NCBI GenBank assembly: GCA_030615175.1
Contig: JAUWZX010000005.1
Span: forward strand, 1 to 41,811
DNA length: 41,811 nucleotides
DNA from: Candidatus Parvarchaeota archaeon
GTDB lineage: Archaea; Nanobdellota; Nanobdellia; WJKC01
Reading direction: 5' to 3'
The notes under the pieces: generated by a model
Database searches by the model: none
The model's input: only the letters and a program-made list of their open reading frames with translations
What the model was told of the DNA's origin: nothing
Shown: one piece after another, positions 8,500 to 17,528 of the stretch
Layout: each line of letters begins with the position of its first letter
How positions within the stretch are numbered: position 1 is the stretch's first letter
Position numbers and translations under genes: made by a program

Positions 8500-9606
8500 A
8501 TAAAGTTCTTTTAACTTTTTAAGTGTTAATGGTTTGTTTCCTTTTTTTAACTCCAATGCGTTTCGACGATATGATAGTGAGTAAGATAACGCAATCTTCT
8601 TTTGCCTTTCATCATCTAATTTTTCATGGTACTCTTTTTGTTCCTTGCTTTTGCTTAAATTATAATAAACTGCTTTTTCAGTTATTGGCACACTTAATGC
8701 ACGATTCTTCAAATTTGTTAAGTAATCTTTACTGCCATGAATTAGTTCACCAGTAAATAATGCATCAGTAACACCAACATCAAGGTTTTTAATCACCATT
8801 TCAATTTCATCCTCTTTTACAGCGTAAACATCAAGCCATCCATTAAAAAAGTTATAACTTTCTTGGTCAACAATGAATAAATCAATATCACTCTCTGGTT
8901 TTTGAGAACCATAGAGAAGCACTAATTGCAAGTCATCAAACTTTTTTCCATAAATTTTGTTTAAGATTTCTAGTAAAACATTCTTATCATAATGTTTAGG
9001 CAAACCTAAATCAAAAAGCAAGGCGTGAGGGGTTAAAGTCTTAGAATAACTAATAAATTCCTTAACCAAGCTAATATTATTTTGATATTCTTTACCAAAT
9101 CTTCTGAGATACACTTCTTGCTTTTCCCAGAAAGCATCTTCACTCAAAAATTCCTTTGCCAAGAGCCATTCTAACCACATAGCAAATCCTTCCTGTAAAT
9201 TAAGGTTCTCATCATAAGATTGAACAATATTTTTGTAAACAGGATTGTCTTCTCTAAATGATTTAAGTTCCTTAATTGGAATCTGTTTGTCTTGGAAGTT
9301 TTTCTTTTCTTCTTCATAAAGAATCTGCTCTAAATCATGAAGTTCTCTTCCTTTTGAATGATTCTCTGCGAATAAGCCATGACCAAAGAACTCGTGTAAA
9401 AAATTTAAAGTTAAGAATTCAGAATCTTGATTTAAATGGGCTTGAAAAGAGCGTGGCAGGTAAAAAGAATCTATTGAATGGTCTTGCCCAATGCTTAAAC
9501 AGAACTCTTGCCAATTACTGTGAAGAAAGTAAGAAGACTTACTAACTGAAAGAGAAAACTTTTCTTGCAAATACTCATTAATTCTCAAATCTAGTTCTTC
9601 TACCAT
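8464..9606 (-). CDS. HExxxH metallopeptidase-like domain fused to a Pol-beta/MNT nucleotidyltransferase domain
   Basis: LHEFFGHGLF...QEGFA in the N-terminal half; LYGSQKPESDIDLFIV...LDVY in the C-terminal half. Confidence 0.7.
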   Translation of the reverse strand: MVEELDLRINEYLQEKFSLSVSKSSYFLHSNWQEFCLSIGQDHSIDSFYLPRSFQAHLNQDSEFLTLNFLHEFFGHGLFAENHSKGRELHDLEQILYEEEKKNFQDKQIPIKELKSFREDNPVYKNIVQSYDENLNLQEGFAMWLEWLLAKEFLSEDAFWEKQEVYLRRFGKEYQNNISLVKEFISYSKTLTPHALLFDLGLPKHYDKNVLLEILNKIYGKKFDDLQLVLLYGSQKPESDIDLFIVDQESYNFFNGWLDVYAVKEDEIEMVIKNLDVGVTDALFTGELIHGSKDYLTNLKNRALSVPITEKAVYYNLSKSKEQKEYHEKLDDERQKKIALSYSLSYRRNALELKKGNKPLTLKKLKELYDFEKLEERTSY

Positions 9607-9648
9607 GATTAAAGAAAAATAAAGAAGGTTTTATTTAAACATTTCCTC

Positions 9649-10128
9649 TTAATTACCCATTTTACTTAATTGAGCATAATATTTTTCTGTTTCTTGTTCA
9701 AAATATTCTTTTATTTCATGAGTTGCTTTTTCAAGTTTATCACATACTCCTGCCATTTCAGTTTCCCCAAGCTCCTCAAATAACTTCTGAGCATAACTTA
9801 TTTTAATTTCAGAATCTAAAGAAAGTCGCCCTACTTCATTATCAACCTGATGTAATAACCTTGCTGCTAATTCCTTTTTTAATTTATCAACTTCCTCGTT
9901 CTTTACTCCTTTCTTGTTCAGCTTTTCAATTAATTTTCCTAATAAAAGAGCTATTTCTTTTGTTCTTCCACCAATTAATTCCCCTATCCTTTCCTTAACA
10001 TTTTTACTATTCAGACTTCTGTCCTCTAATCCTAAAACAAGTTTATTCAATTCTTTATTTATTAATTTAAAGATTTTCTTATCAACTTCAGCTTTCATTT
10101 CAAGCAAAGCATCTTGTTCTTCTTTCAT
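9649..10128 (-). CDS. Hypothetical helical, charged protein
   Basis: 159-aa E/K/L-rich ORF, co-oriented with its neighbours. Confidence 0.7.
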   Translation of the reverse strand: MKEEQDALLEMKAEVDKKIFKLINKELNKLVLGLEDRSLNSKNVKERIGELIGGRTKEIALLLGKLIEKLNKKGVKNEEVDKLKKELAARLLHQVDNEVGRLSLDSEIKISYAQKLFEELGETEMAGVCDKLEKATHEIKEYFEQETEKYYAQLSKMGN

Positions 10129-10169
10129 TTTTCATCAAATCCTAAAAAATAACTTTCAATTATATAAAA

Positions 10170-10490
10170 TTACTGTTTGGATTTGAGAATCTCATCAATT
10201 GTATTGATTAATTTCTTTACTATTTTCTCCTTTCTCTCTCTTGAAAAATCAGGATGAGTAACATCCAATCCAAATTTTAAATCTGACACTCTTTTATCAA
10301 TTCTGACCAAGAGATTACTCCATTGATCATTTACTACAAGCCAATGCACTGTGGAATTTGACAGTTCTAAATCTGTAACAATGCCCTTCAAATAATCCTC
10401 ATATAACCCACGCAAAAACAATAAGAATGGCTTAAAAACTTTCTCAGCATCCTGCCCAATAAACTCACTTAAAGCTTTTTCATCATACAT
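10170..10490 (-). CDS. Hypothetical protein (106 aa)
   Basis: GAGGTG SD before ATG 10490 (MYDEKAL...). Confidence 0.65.
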   Translation of the reverse strand: MYDEKALSEFIGQDAEKVFKPFLLFLRGLYEDYLKGIVTDLELSNSTVHWLVVNDQWSNLLVRIDKRVSDLKFGLDVTHPDFSRERKEKIVKKLINTIDEILKSKQ

Positions 10491-10550
10491 GTTATTCCAC
10501 CTCTTTTTAAAATAAATAAAAAGAAAGAATATAAACATTTATCTTTCTTC

Positions 10551-10847
10551 TTATTCTTCCTTTAAATACTTTAAATACTTTAAAATCTTGGTTTCCATTC
10601 TGCCAGGACCCCTATCATGGTGTATATATGTATTTGCTATTTGGTCTAAGTCTTCTCTCAGTATTACTGTGTTTGGAGTAGTGTTCTCATTAATTCTTAA
10701 CCCACCATCTAGATAAAGATCTATTGGTTTTATTTTAAAAGGCTTGATTGGTCCTGTGTATAAAGCAGTTGCTCCAACAATGTATAAGTCTATCCTCTGG
10801 CATGTCTCTGTACTTTCTAAGATTTGTTCCAATAATTGGCTTCCCAT
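10551..10847 (-). CDS. Hypothetical protein
   Basis: 98-aa ORF with GGTGA SD upstream. Confidence 0.65.
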   Translation of the reverse strand: MGSQLLEQILESTETCQRIDLYIVGATALYTGPIKPFKIKPIDLYLDGGLRINENTTPNTVILREDLDQIANTYIHHDRGPGRMETKILKYLKYLKEE

Positions 10848-10933
10848 TTTTTAATTCACCAATGTATTATTCATTATTGAAATTTAAATAATTTACTGAT
10901 TATTAAAAGTTCATTCTATGTAAAGAAAAAAGT

Positions 10934-10998
10934 AAAAAAATAAGAAAAAAAAGAAATAATAATTAGTAACTAGTTCTTTCCTCTAACTTCTTGAAGTC
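10934..10998. repeat. Direct repeat copy 2
   Basis: A7-TAAG-A8-GAAATAATAATTAGTAACTAGTTCTTTCCTCTAACTTCTtGAAGTC; see 8436-8499. Confidence 0.95.
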
Positions 10999-11688
10999 GT
11001 CACTATTCATGGATTTAATGCCTGCACGCTTAGACTTGTAGTAGTCAAGGAATTCTAAGCCGAGTTCCACGCCAAGAATCGTTGCAATACCAGCATAAGT
11101 TAAAGCCGTCAAAGCAGTAATCCCCTGCGAAACAGCGGGCTCAAGGTCTGTAGATGACACACCCCCAAACTGAGAGTATTCTATTAAATTGTAGGTTCCC
11201 ACATCAGGTTCTATTACGTATGGCATGTTACTTAATCCAATGTTGGCATTTATTAATTGCCCAAGACCCATTCCAGCCCCAATTCTCCTGCCAGTCTTAA
11301 TAGCGCCTTTCAAATGCTCATTATTGAATTTATACATTGCTGCGCCATGCAAAATCCCACCAATAATCTCAGCCCACAACAAAGTCTGAAAACCAAGATT
11401 ACCACCATTAACGTATAATTGCGGAACAGCACTGAAATCCATCTCATTAATTAATTCCCACTGCTGTGTTCCCTCATTCCAAAATATATCTTCAGAAGTC
11501 CATGTCCAATCAGTTATTTTAGTGCCTAACTGTTGTATATCCTCCGCACCTGACTTCTCAAACTGTTCAACAATTAAATTCAATCCCTGCCTTGTGTAAT
11601 CAATAGTGTTCCTTGCAACCTCTTCTGCTACAATTCCTGCACCAGCACTAACTCCATTCCAAACCGCCTTCTTTTTATTGAATTTCAT
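10963..11688 (-). CDS. Hypothetical Gly-rich membrane-associated protein
   Basis: Hydrophobic Gly/Ala-rich helices; TTTATAAA at 11711-11718 upstream; ends KLEERTSY. Confidence 0.75.
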   Translation of the reverse strand: MKFNKKKAVWNGVSAGAGIVAEEVARNTIDYTRQGLNLIVEQFEKSGAEDIQQLGTKITDWTWTSEDIFWNEGTQQWELINEMDFSAVPQLYVNGGNLGFQTLLWAEIIGGILHGAAMYKFNNEHLKGAIKTGRRIGAGMGLGQLINANIGLSNMPYVIEPDVGTYNLIEYSQFGGVSSTDLEPAVSQGITALTALTYAGIATILGVELGLEFLDYYKSKRAGIKSMNSDDFKKLEERTSY

Positions 11689-11741
11689 AAACAGAAAATA
11701 TGAACCTCCCTTTATAAAGAATTATATACTGGAGAATATGA

Positions 11742-14700
11742 TTAACACACCCAAGACCCAGCAACAAATGCACAGCATTGCCCATCATGGCATACCTTAC
11801 CAGTATCACAAACAGTAGTATCATCTGCTATAGGTATATTACTACAGCTAGCAGCAGTACATGAATCAGTAGAACATATCACACCATCATCACAGGACTG
11901 CGTTGAGTAACTGCAAGCACTTCCTACAACAGGGCAGGAACCACTATAATAACGAGTTAAGCTAACACAATAAGAAGCACAATCACCAGCAACACAACAG
12001 GACGCGGTAGTGCCAAGACAAGAAACATCGCATACGCCGATTGCAGTGCAAACCTTACCAACAGCACAGGTCATGCCAAGACAATCAGCATCATCGCAGT
12101 CAAACAGGGAATCACCATCATTATCAACGAAATCACTGCAATCAATCTCCACCTTATCAAGCATATAGCACTTCCAGCCATCAACAGAATAACCATCACA
12201 ATAATCGTCAGCGCAGTCAATAAAGGTATCACAATCATCATCAACACCATTAACGCAGTTCTCAGAAGCAGGCGACAGCCAATCAACAAGAGAGAAATCA
12301 TCAATCAAAATCTTATCATAATAATCACTAATGAAAACACGCAACTTATAATCAGACTCAGGAGTCAATACCTCAACACAATTACTGATTAACTGAACAC
12401 CAGGCACAAGAGAAGGCATGACTTCAAAACTACTGCTGCAAACAACACTGCCATCAGAATCAAGGATTTGATAACCAGTCACTTCATCATACAAACCATT
12501 AAAATCATAAGGATAATACACTTCATTAGGCGAAGCAAACAAACTATACATACTGCCATCAACAGGAGGGCTGCCATCAGCCTGCTGAGGGCACGCTAAT
12601 AACTCAAACTTACCAGCAGGAGAAGTATTATCCAACCTGATGTCAGCCCTGCCGGCAAGCGCTACAACAGAATTAAAAGAATAACAATTCTCATACTCAA
12701 TAACCCCGGCACGCGTGCAGATATCAAAAGAATAAGGACGCGGAAAACCATGATTACAGTCAGGCAAATGACAAAAGACTTCCTGAGAAATAAAATCCTT
12801 CTTCAATATTGGAAGCCCAATGCCGTCAGGCCCGGCAGTATTAGTACAGTAAACAGGCATGTCATCAATCCTGACAGTGAAATTAAAGTAATCATAAGGC
12901 TCGAAACGCAGCTCCCTCTGATTAAAGGAAACGTTAAACCAGTAATCCTCACCACAAAACAAAACCTTGCCAAACTGCGACTCATCATGAGCAGGGCTAA
13001 TCTCATCATAAAACTCATTAACCTTCAATGACTCGGAAGGCACAATCAAATCAGGAAATAACTGGTCAAGAACGGTGACAGGATTCACATCACCATACTC
13101 AAAACGCACAAGAGGAGCAGCACTGCTAAAATCCAAACCATCACACGCATAAGGAACAGTGAAGCCTGAAATCCTATTAATAACGCCGCTATTTATGAAT
13201 AAAATACTTGAATGATTGGAAAAAAAGTTAAAACCAGAAGGAGACAACCCTAACTCAGTGAAACGGAAATCACTATTAACTAACTCAGCAAAAAAGAACT
13301 TACCAGTATCATTACTGAACACGAAATCAGCCACTCCATTAAGGTTTAAGTCACCGGCAGCAAGAAAGCTGACTCCAGTCTCAGGAGAAGCATTAGTGAT
13401 ATCCAAAGGAATGAATCCTAAACGCCCATAATTACGGTAAACCCCTAATGACTCCTCGCCAGTCAAGCCAATAATATCAGAATCACCGTCACCATCATAA
13501 TCCAAAACTAAAAAATCACTAGCAGCGAAAACAGACTTCTCAGGGTAAACGAGCTCAGGAATTAAATCATAATCAAGCATGAACACCCCCTCACCCTCAA
13601 CGCCGTAAAATAATTCACCAGAACCGCCTAACGCGAGCATGGTCACCTCACCACTCGTAGGAATAACAATCTTGCCACCTAAACGAGGAGACTGATGCTC
13701 AAAAATAGTGACTCCTGACTCATTACCAGCAATTAATTCATCACCACTAGAATCCTCAACCAAGTCAGCGCCAAGAATAAAATCATAAGAATTAATCTCA
13801 GGAGGAATGTAAAACGCGCCCTTAGTGCTTAAATTAAGGAATTCAACATCAAAAGCACTAATCGAGTAAAGACCAACACCGTCAAGCACTACCAAATAAT
13901 CATCAACACCTGCAATGCCTGAAATACCAGAAGCAATCACGCCCGAAGCATCAAACTCACTGCCATCAACGAACACGGAATCACCTGAAACGTAAAAGAA
14001 TTCACCATCAAAACCTTCAATGCTCAAGAAATTAAATAAATCAGCATTAATGCCCGCTGACTCCTCTGCAGGACTGAATTCATCAAAAGAGCATGAAACA
14101 TCATTAACCAAGTAATAATAATTACTCGTCTGATAATCATTATCCACATCAACACTAATGTGAACATCACCATCAGGAATAAAGGAAAATTCATACCAGT
14201 CATTAGCAAGGTCATAACCAAGCTCTAAAGGATTAAAAACGAATTCATGCCATGAAATAATGTCATCACAAACAATAACACCCAAATCAACTCCTTCAAG
14301 ACTAACGCTTAAATCCACACTACCTGAATCAGTAAAGCATTCAGTCATTATTTGAGCAAACCCATAATCCTCACGAGTCACGTTCTCACCAACATTAAAA
14401 CTAATTGAAAAAACATCACCCGCCCCAAGCAGTAAATTAGACTCTGCCTGCCCGTCATCATCCCTGAACTGCGCTCCACGGCCAAAAGTGCTCAAGTAAA
14501 CAGGCACCACATTATCCTCATTGTAAGCATAAATAGTCAAGTCAACAAGCGTCTTAAGATCATACTTAACCCTTGACAAACGATTACTGTAAAAACTGCA
14601 GAACTCTCCTTCACCAGAATCACTGCACCACACATCCTCATTAATTAAGTTAGACCCGCGATTAACGCCTAAACTAAGACCATAACGACTTAATGAATAA

Positions 14701-16466
14701 TTAAGAGCCCCGCCCCAATAACACTCACCGTCATTAAGAGGGAATAAGCGGTCGCAGCGGTCATGATGCCTTAACTCAAGATTATAAGTAGTGAAATAAC
14801 CCGTATCCACCTCCTCATCAGTCCAGTTCATTGCAAGAAACAAAGTCTTATTAGGAAGAGGGCACTCGCAGTCAGGGGCGCGGGAGGGGATATGAAACTC
14901 ATCAATCACTAAACTATCATTACATAATTCAGGAGGCACGAAATCCATTGCAGCCTCCTGCGCACCGCAAGAACATGAATCAATAAGCGTTCTTGAAGGA
15001 GGAGTTAACTTTGAAATATTCTGCACTCCAAAATTAAGCTTTGAAGGAATAACCTGCAGGACTAATTCAGAAATACATGTAGGGCACGGAATCTTCAGTA
15101 TAGCCCCCTTCTCAGGGTCGCATACCCAGTTATCACCAAACATGAAGTCACGCTCAACATTGCACCCGTTCACGCCGCAGCGCTCCTCACTCACATCCTC
15201 CTGATAATAACAAAGAGAATAATAACCCGCATTAACAACTAAGCCTGGAGGAGGACAGTACTCCCTAACGCCAGCCCATCCGCCGTAATCACGAGGCAGC
15301 CAAGTGCAATGATAATAGAAATCATAATCCTCCTCCATTAACCGCCTATACTTAAAATCCTCACACTGCCCCTGCTCACAGTACTCCTCAATGCAGTCAA
15401 CGCATGAAATCTTATTAATACAGTAATCCCCTTCACTGACAACGCCGTAGCAGTCAAGTTCCTCCACGCAATCACCAGCTTCATCATACTTAATGCATTC
15501 ACCGCACACGCGGTCCACAACGCTGCCGTCATCATTCAATATCTTAAGTAAATCAGTGCTCTCAGTGAACCCCCAGTTAGAAGGGTTATCCCACCCCCTT
15601 ACAGTGCCAAGGCATTCAATACGGTAATAACAGGAATTAAAATTAACATCATCAGTAAAATCATTGCTTAAATAAGAATTTTTACCCACACCACTATCAT
15701 TAATCTTGTTCTGAAGAGCCTGCCCGTCAAGTGCAATATTATCCGTCCCTAAAATCGTTCTTGCTGGCTGCACTCCATCAAGAATCTCGCTTATCAGGTG
15801 CTCATCATAACCGCAATACTTGCATGGCTCACCGCAAAGAGGCAAATCCCTGCACGCATAAACTCCAGTTTCTCCATTACAATACACATTACTTCCAGGA
15901 TACTTGCTTTCGCATTGAGTAAGATTACAGCACTCATAAGGAGTCCAATTACAATTAGTCACACGGTTATCACAACCACCCTGATTCCAATTCCAATAAT
16001 CACATGCCCATGGAGTTTCACTGCAATCAGCCTCATACCAATTACAACCACCATACGCGTCAATTCCCTTACAATCAGACTCTCCGCTAATACCAGAGCA
16101 ACGGTAAGTGCCGCCCCTGCAACATTTATATAATACACACGAACCCCAATAGCATTGACCATCAGTTTGCCTGCAGTCACTTTTACCTAAGTAACCACAC
16201 TCAGCCTTTGTCGTGGGACCGCAATGCCCTATAGCCCAGCTACAGCCCAAGTGAGCGCACTCATCTTCATAATTCAGAGTCTGAGACGGGTCTGTATCAT
16301 CCCATACATCACAACTGTAAGAACTGCCTGAACAATAACCACAATTATAAGAAGTCTTACCACAGCCAGCACCGCAAAGGTCAGGAGAGTCAGGGCAATC
16401 ACAGGCAGCGAAAGCAGTGCTGATAAAGAATACTGTTACCATAATTAATAATAAGTAAGCCCTCAT
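11742..16466 (-). CDS. Large secreted Cys-rich adhesin-like protein with FG-GAP/VCBS-like and Ca-binding DxDxD repeats
   Basis: Signal peptide STAFA|A; N-terminal Cys/Trp repeats; LDYDGDGDSDII, GDLNLNGVADFV; ENCVNGVDDDCDTFIDCAD and DCSDFVDNDGDSLFDCDDADC; SCDDGVICSTDSC. Confidence 0.8.
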   Translation of the reverse strand: MRAYLLLIMVTVFFISTAFAACDCPDSPDLCGAGCGKTSYNCGYCSGSSYSCDVWDDTDPSQTLNYEDECAHLGCSWAIGHCGPTTKAECGYLGKSDCRQTDGQCYWGSCVLYKCCRGGTYRCSGISGESDCKGIDAYGGCNWYEADCSETPWACDYWNWNQGGCDNRVTNCNWTPYECCNLTQCESKYPGSNVYCNGETGVYACRDLPLCGEPCKYCGYDEHLISEILDGVQPARTILGTDNIALDGQALQNKINDSGVGKNSYLSNDFTDDVNFNSCYYRIECLGTVRGWDNPSNWGFTESTDLLKILNDDGSVVDRVCGECIKYDEAGDCVEELDCYGVVSEGDYCINKISCVDCIEEYCEQGQCEDFKYRRLMEEDYDFYYHCTWLPRDYGGWAGVREYCPPPGLVVNAGYYSLCYYQEDVSEERCGVNGCNVERDFMFGDNWVCDPEKGAILKIPCPTCISELVLQVIPSKLNFGVQNISKLTPPSRTLIDSCSCGAQEAAMDFVPPELCNDSLVIDEFHIPSRAPDCECPLPNKTLFLAMNWTDEEVDTGYFTTYNLELRHHDRCDRLFPLNDGECYWGGALNYSLSRYGLSLGVNRGSNLINEDVWCSDSGEGEFCSFYSNRLSRVKYDLKTLVDLTIYAYNEDNVVPVYLSTFGRGAQFRDDDGQAESNLLLGAGDVFSISFNVGENVTREDYGFAQIMTECFTDSGSVDLSVSLEGVDLGVIVCDDIISWHEFVFNPLELGYDLANDWYEFSFIPDGDVHISVDVDNDYQTSNYYYLVNDVSCSFDEFSPAEESAGINADLFNFLSIEGFDGEFFYVSGDSVFVDGSEFDASGVIASGISGIAGVDDYLVVLDGVGLYSISAFDVEFLNLSTKGAFYIPPEINSYDFILGADLVEDSSGDELIAGNESGVTIFEHQSPRLGGKIVIPTSGEVTMLALGGSGELFYGVEGEGVFMLDYDLIPELVYPEKSVFAASDFLVLDYDGDGDSDIIGLTGEESLGVYRNYGRLGFIPLDITNASPETGVSFLAAGDLNLNGVADFVFSNDTGKFFFAELVNSDFRFTELGLSPSGFNFFSNHSSILFINSGVINRISGFTVPYACDGLDFSSAAPLVRFEYGDVNPVTVLDQLFPDLIVPSESLKVNEFYDEISPAHDESQFGKVLFCGEDYWFNVSFNQRELRFEPYDYFNFTVRIDDMPVYCTNTAGPDGIGLPILKKDFISQEVFCHLPDCNHGFPRPYSFDICTRAGVIEYENCYSFNSVVALAGRADIRLDNTSPAGKFELLACPQQADGSPPVDGSMYSLFASPNEVYYPYDFNGLYDEVTGYQILDSDGSVVCSSSFEVMPSLVPGVQLISNCVEVLTPESDYKLRVFISDYYDKILIDDFSLVDWLSPASENCVNGVDDDCDTFIDCADDYCDGYSVDGWKCYMLDKVEIDCSDFVDNDGDSLFDCDDADCLGMTCAVGKVCTAIGVCDVSCLGTTASCCVAGDCASYCVSLTRYYSGSCPVVGSACSYSTQSCDDGVICSTDSCTAASCSNIPIADDTTVCDTGKVCHDGQCCAFVAGSWVC

Positions 16467-16948
16467 ACTGACACCCCTGAACCGCGCAAATTAAAACTTA
16501 ATTCAACCACTCCAGTATCCTCAATCCCGTGAAGAGGGAACCTGCAGACAGTAAATCCTTCGCTAAAAGCGCCGGCAGTCTCCTCAACATCACCAACAGT
16601 AACCCTGAAACCCATCCTGCCAGCAAGCAAAGGAAAAAGTTCATACGACTTATCACTCAAGTACTGGGCAGTAGGGTAAGTTCTCGCCTCACTAATCCCT
16701 AACTGAGAAAATAATAAGTCAACAGCGCCTAAACGCTCCTCAACCAGGACTTTAATATACTCATTACCAACCATTAACGGCAGAGTCGTTGAACAAGTAT
16801 ACTTAAAATTATTATCCTGAATCTGAATCACGCCGGCAAGAAAAAAGTTATTAACGTAAAAAGACTGCAATAATAAAATGATTACTGTAACAAGTATTAT
16901 GAATATTATCTCAAATATCAAACCCTCCATTGCACCCTTACGACTCAA
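16463..16948 (-). CDS. Pilin-like protein, class III signal peptide
   Basis: TTG start gives (M)SRKG|AMEGLIFEIIFIILVTVIILLL. Confidence 0.75.
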   Translation of the reverse strand: MSRKGAMEGLIFEIIFIILVTVIILLLQSFYVNNFFLAGVIQIQDNNFKYTCSTTLPLMVGNEYIKVLVEERLGAVDLLFSQLGISEARTYPTAQYLSDKSYELFPLLAGRMGFRVTVGDVEETAGAFSEGFTVCRFPLHGIEDTGVVELSFNLRGSGVSV

Positions 16949-16949
16949 T

Positions 16950-17528
16950 TCACAACACCCTCGCCTTAAATAATTCAGCTGAAGCACTGATTAATATTTC
17001 AACATAACCATAAGAGAATCTGTTATCATAAATAATTTTCACTGGCAGCACAACGTTCACATCAGTATTAGGATTAAAGAAGTAATCAAAATGCAGGTAA
17101 GAAGCGTAACCCTCATCATCACCTAACAAGTAATGAGCACCTGACTCATCATAAACCTTAACTCCTATGAAAACATAATACTCCTTTGTGTGCAACTGCG
17201 TGCACGCTTTCAGGCGTTCAACGCTTAACTTATTAGCATCAATTGAGTTAGGAAGAGTTATTTTATCAATAAAGTTATAATCAACACTTCCCTGCTGAAG
17301 CACATCATAAAAAACGCCTTTCTTAACATAAGCAAAGCAATTCTCACTATTAATTAACCGGTTAGCAATTAATAATGCCTCAGTAGTCCAGTCAGCCCTG
17401 CCAGTAGTTATTAAAGAACGGTCAACACTGTCAATAATTAAAACTGCAATAACTGAAGTTGACATGACCATGGCTATTGAAACGAATAATAATACTATTG
17501 TTGACGCGGCAGCCCTCCTATTCAACAC
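16950..17528 (-). CDS. Pilin-like protein, class III signal peptide
   Basis: NRRA|AASTIVLLFVSIAMVM; RLINSENCFAY motif. Confidence 0.75.
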   Translation of the reverse strand: MLNRRAAASTIVLLFVSIAMVMSTSVIAVLIIDSVDRSLITTGRADWTTEALLIANRLINSENCFAYVKKGVFYDVLQQGSVDYNFIDKITLPNSIDANKLSVERLKACTQLHTKEYYVFIGVKVYDESGAHYLLGDDEGYASYLHFDYFFNPNTDVNVVLPVKIIYDNRFSYGYVEILISASAELFKARVL

